Positions 5,391 to 8,659 of a stretch of 8,659 nucleotides of DNA are shown piece after piece. Below the pieces are notes generated by a model. It saw nothing but the letters and a program-made list of their open reading frames with translations, was not told the DNA's origin and searched no databases. Every line of letters starts with the position of its first letter. Position 1 is the first letter of the stretch. Origin of the DNA: an uncultured archaeon. Its GTDB lineage: Archaea > Asgardarchaeota > Lokiarchaeia > Sigyniarchaeales > Promethearchaeaceae. The position numbers and the translations under genes were made by a program. The stretch covers positions 15,159 to 23,817 of the forward strand of contig CAYRPF010000050.1 in NCBI GenBank assembly GCA_964426185.1. Reading direction: 5' to 3'.

Positions 5391-6833
5391 ATGATGGAAA
5401 CAACTCGATTAACAAAGGGCTACTCACGTGTTTCAAAAATACGCACTATCGCATACGGACTTGGACCAATGGCTGATCAAATGAGTCATCAAATGTTTTC
5501 TTTTCTGGTATTTACCTTCTACTATGCTGTGGTTCATATAAATATCAAGCATTTGATGTGGGGATTTATTATTTTTGCCGTGTGGGATAGCATAAATGAT
5601 CCTTTGCTTGGACCGATTTCTGATCGAACCCAAAGTAAATTTGGACGGCGAGGATTTTGGATCTTAATCAGTATTATTCCGTTTGGATTGAGTAATGTCA
5701 TCCTATTTACTGTTGGGGTGCACTGGGCTTATTGGTTAAAATTCGCATATATGTTGATAATTATTATGTTATATGACACGATATATACGGTCTTTTCCTG
5801 TAATCAGCTCGCTCTGTTTTCGGATATGTTTGAGACAGAACAGGAGCGTGGGCTGGCAAATATGTGGAAATCGGTTCTTACGATTGTCGGCGTCATAATA
5901 GGTTTTGTTCTTCCCACAATTTTTATTAAACCGATGACACCGCAAACCGGTGAAATTGAAGAATTGATATCAATAACCGATAGCTATATCATTACTGGCC
6001 TAGTGGTGGGCATTCTTACTATTTTGGCTGGATTTGCCTTTTTCAAATGGGGAATGCAAGAAAATATTCACCATCAACTGGAGAAATCGGAAGATCAACC
6101 TGGATTTTTCAATATGATACGAGACGTGATAAAAAACAAAGATTTCATAATTTTCACGATAGCGAACTTAGTAAAATGGTTCGTATTCAAACTACTTACA
6201 ACTATTGTTCCATTATATGCAATATTTGTCTTAGGTATCCAAGAAGGTGGTATTTTAGTATCAGCCCTTTTACTGGTGGCTTTTTTAGCTGCAACTGCGG
6301 CATTTCCGTTAATGAAAACTATCGGTTTGAAAATTGGTTGGAGAAACGGCTTCATTCTTTCTTCTGCATTCTGGATATTGGCTTTGATTCCCTTCTGGTT
6401 TTTGGAAAATCAGCCTTATTGGGCAATTTTCTGTATGGTTTTTGTGGGCGTCGGGTTATCGGGTGCAATTTATTTTGTTGAGCCTATAATCGGTAATATT
6501 GTGGATAAAGATGAATTAAAAACAGGTATTCGGAGAACAGGGACATTTTATGGAATAAATGGCTTAATTAATCGTTATTCTACCATTATGGTATTTGTTG
6601 TTTTGGCAATAGTGCTTTCTGGATACGGTTGGGAAGATTTCTTAGTATCTCCTTCTTTGGATCAGTATCAGAATATGGTTTTAGGATTAAAATTGTTGAT
6701 GACCCCTATTTCAATCGGGGCTTTAGCCTTAGTAATTATATTTTTGCTTCTTTATCGGTTACATGGCGAAAAATTGGTGAAGATTCAAAATGAGTTGAAA
6801 AAAAGGCGCGAATTACTTCTAATCAACCAATAA
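5391..6833 (+). CDS. MFS transporter, glycoside-pentoside-hexuronide (GPH)/MelB-like cation symporter family (MFS_2)
   Basis: About 12 hydrophobic segments. Signature WDSINDPLLGPISDRTQSKFGRR and C-terminal IVDKDELKTGIRRTGTFYG. The ORF track starts at GTG 5382, but that GTG lies inside an RBS-like GAGTGA (5380-5385), so ATG 5391 or 5394 is the likelier start. Confidence 0.92.
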   Translation: MMETTRLTKGYSRVSKIRTIAYGLGPMADQMSHQMFSFLVFTFYYAVVHINIKHLMWGFIIFAVWDSINDPLLGPISDRTQSKFGRRGFWILISIIPFGLSNVILFTVGVHWAYWLKFAYMLIIIMLYDTIYTVFSCNQLALFSDMFETEQERGLANMWKSVLTIVGVIIGFVLPTIFIKPMTPQTGEIEELISITDSYIITGLVVGILTILAGFAFFKWGMQENIHHQLEKSEDQPGFFNMIRDVIKNKDFIIFTIANLVKWFVFKLLTTIVPLYAIFVLGIQEGGILVSALLLVAFLAATAAFPLMKTIGLKIGWRNGFILSSAFWILALIPFWFLENQPYWAIFCMVFVGVGLSGAIYFVEPIIGNIVDKDELKTGIRRTGTFYGINGLINRYSTIMVFVVLAIVLSGYGWEDFLVSPSLDQYQNMVLGLKLLMTPISIGALALVIIFLLLYRLHGEKLVKIQNELKKRRELLLINQ

Positions 6834-6847
6834 TTTTTCCAATTTCA

Positions 6848-6858
6848 TTTTTTTTTTT
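6848..6858 (+). terminator. Oligo-T terminator after the MFS gene
   Basis: Run of 11 T starting 15 nt after the MFS stop codon. Confidence 0.5.
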
Positions 6859-6879
6859 AAATCATATAAATGATGAATT

Positions 6880-7896
6880 ATGTCTTTCTCTCAAATTTCC
6901 TTAGAAACAATTTCTGTTCAAAGCGCAATAGAGCAGATGACCGAACTTTCTCCTGAATTAACCCCCCAGTTAGATCAAATGTTAGCTTCTACGCATCGAA
7001 ATGATGTACCGAATTTTTGGGATGCTGATATTTCTAATCATTATTATATTCCAGTTCCTGATGGTGAAATCCGAGTTATTCACTATCGACCTGAATTTTC
7101 TGCTTCGATTAGACCTTTAGTCTTCGTTCCCGGCTGGGGAGTTTCACCTGCTGGATTTCAAGATTTATTCGAAGTTATCTACGAGAAAGTCGAATTTTAC
7201 TATATTGAAACCCGTGAAAAACGAAGCAGTCGAATGCATCGGTGGAAAAGTAATTTTACCATGAGTCAAAAAGCTCTGGATGTGCAAATTGCTATCCTAA
7301 AATTAGGATTGGATAGCGACGATTTTGTTTTGATGGGTCCGTGTTGGGGCGCTGCCGTTATCATGCAAGGATTAATGGACAGATGCATACAAGCACCTAC
7401 GATTATAACTATGGATCCTATGCATACTCTGTGGTTTTCCAAATTTGTTTTGAAATGGATTGCACCCATTTTACCTTCATGGCTTTTTTATTTACTTCGG
7501 CCAATTATTCAATGGTTAAAATTACGAAACATGCATGAACCGGTGCAAAAACAGCGTGCTAAAGATTTTATTGCCAGTGCAGAATTGTGGAAATGGAAAA
7601 AAGCAGCATGTCAAGTCCGAAATTTTGAATTATTTGAAAATTTACACCGTATTCCTCAAGAAGTTATTGTAGTTAACGGAACCAATGATGCCATCCATAA
7701 TCAAGAGGATTATCCTAAAATTGCTATTGGACTTCCTAATTCGCGTTTTCTCTTTTTGAAAACTGGGGAGGAAAATCGTGAACGCCTAATGGGTTTAGTG
7801 GCTCTTCTCTACACACAAATAGGAGCCGAGACTAAAATTCCCCCCATTTTTGAACCATTCGAGAAAAAAATCCCTCGAGAAGTCGAGAAGTTGTAA
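6880..7896 (+). CDS. Atypical alpha/beta-hydrolase-fold protein with Cys at the nucleophile elbow
   Basis: 338 aa. PLVFVPGWG oxyanion strand, FVLMGPCWGAA elbow (C155), VIVVNGTND acid motif (D270), then helix + LPNSRFLFL strand. No His at the usual post-beta8 position. Confidence 0.8.
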   Translation: MSFSQISLETISVQSAIEQMTELSPELTPQLDQMLASTHRNDVPNFWDADISNHYYIPVPDGEIRVIHYRPEFSASIRPLVFVPGWGVSPAGFQDLFEVIYEKVEFYYIETREKRSSRMHRWKSNFTMSQKALDVQIAILKLGLDSDDFVLMGPCWGAAVIMQGLMDRCIQAPTIITMDPMHTLWFSKFVLKWIAPILPSWLFYLLRPIIQWLKLRNMHEPVQKQRAKDFIASAELWKWKKAACQVRNFELFENLHRIPQEVIVVNGTNDAIHNQEDYPKIAIGLPNSRFLFLKTGEENRERLMGLVALLYTQIGAETKIPPIFEPFEKKIPREVEKL

Positions 7897-7930
7897 TTTA
7901 TATTTTTTTATCTTCCTCCCTCCTTATTTC

Positions 7931-8458
7931 TTATTTTTCCTTCAAGATGCTTGCAACCAAGGTTAATAAGCTTACTGCTGTAACAATGAAAAATCCATTC
8001 CCCAACCGCCATTGCAAATCGGCTGTTCCGATTAATATAAAAATATCTTCATTCTTACCAAATATTGCAGATACACTCTCGTCGTAGAGCATCTCATGAA
8101 TTTCAGGGATATTTCCCAAACTGTAGCAGAAATAGGCGAGTCCTGCAACCATTATCATTGTGCCAATGATGGAAACTACGTTCTTATTTGTAAAACCACC
8201 AATAACAGCAATAACTGCACCTAATATAGTTCCGATAGAAGCAATCAATAGAACATATCCTTCAATTTTAGTCGTATCACTGTTTGCATCATTTGAAATA
8301 ATTCCGAATGGCGAAAGATAGTATTTTGTTACGCTATCTCCTATGATTGTTGTCAAATTTTGTGTATATTGCCACCAACCAAGGGTAATATCAGCAAATG
8401 GGAGAAATGTTCCAATTAGAACAATCAAGCCGCCCACAATTACAAGAATTTTTTTCAT
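7931..8458 (-). CDS. Hypothetical four-TM membrane protein (claudin/PMP22-like topology)
   Basis: 175 aa. Hydrophobic segments at about aa 4-22, 67-89, 94-114 and 152-172. AGGGGT RBS-like sequence 8 nt upstream of the ATG. Convergent with the preceding gene across a 34-bp gap. Confidence 0.8.
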   Translation of the reverse strand: MKKILVIVGGLIVLIGTFLPFADITLGWWQYTQNLTTIIGDSVTKYYLSPFGIISNDANSDTTKIEGYVLLIASIGTILGAVIAVIGGFTNKNVVSIIGTMIMVAGLAYFCYSLGNIPEIHEMLYDESVSAIFGKNEDIFILIGTADLQWRLGNGFFIVTAVSLLTLVASILKEK

Positions 8459-8601
8459 TCATTTATACCCCTAATTAATTTTATTTAGGTGAAATTTGAT
8501 TACACGGATTGATATTTGAATTTTTTCTTACATTTTTTTCTATTTGCTCCTTTGAGAGTTTTTAACCGAGAAAATTGGGAAATTTGAAGATGAATTCAAG
8601 A

Positions 8602-8641
8602 AATAAAGAAAAAAATTTTAGCCTGAGGGGTAGTGCCCCTC
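8602..8641 (-). terminator. GC-rich hairpin + T-tract, possible terminator of a minus-strand gene ending at the right edge of the window
   Basis: The minus strand reads ...CTCTAAA GAGGGG-CACTA-CCCCTC AGGCTAAAA TTTTTTTCTTTATT: a 6-bp perfect stem (8625-8630 / 8636-8641) followed by a T-rich tract. Confidence 0.4.
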
Positions 8642-8659
8642 TTTAGAGATAAATTTCCA

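Noticed and set aside
5433-7538. ORFs 5433-5633, 6047-6481, 6095-6355, 7266-7469 and 7341-7538
   Set aside because: Fully nested in the MFS or hydrolase genes in other frames or strands. The 144-aa Cys/Phe-rich ORF is what an off-frame read of a hydrophobic membrane-protein gene tends to give.
8584-8599. TTGAA-N6-TTCAA dyad upstream of the tetraspan gene
   Set aside because: 5-bp AT-rich arms; too weak to call.
1-8659. CRISPR array, tRNA/rRNA, IS element, or selenocysteine/pyrrolysine read-through
   Set aside because: No spaced repeats, cloverleaf, transposase motifs or split ORFs needing read-through were seen; intergenic gaps are all about 200 bp or shorter.

Overview
AT-rich, gene-dense prokaryotic window with eight credible CDSs. 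I see no RNA genes, CRISPR array or mobile element. The source is probably an Asgard archaeon (Lokiarchaeia-like); this is an inference from a longin-like domain, an archaeal marker-16 protein, TATA-like boxes, GTGA/GGGGT-type ribosome-binding sites and oligo-T terminators. Gene order: alpha/beta hydrolase (-), longin-like + HisKA + receiver protein with no ATP-binding domain (-), AhpD/CMD CxxC protein (-), divergent intergenic region with a strong palindrome, phosphonopyruvate/sulfopyruvate decarboxylase (+), methanogenesis marker 16 / ComF-type aldehyde-to-thiol Fe-S enzyme (+), GPH-family MFS transporter (+), alpha/beta-fold protein with a Cys nucleophile (+), four-TM membrane protein (-). 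Two things stand out. (1) The decarboxylase + ComF pair matches the last two steps of coenzyme M synthesis, but the decarboxylase looks like the phosphonopyruvate clade. It may therefore make CoM in a probable non-methanogen, or the phosphonate analogue 2-mercaptoethylphosphonate. (2) A longin-like domain is fused to a bacterial-type hybrid histidine kinase that has lost its kinase domain. All family assignments come from motif recognition by eye and recalled consensus sequences; no database search was run.
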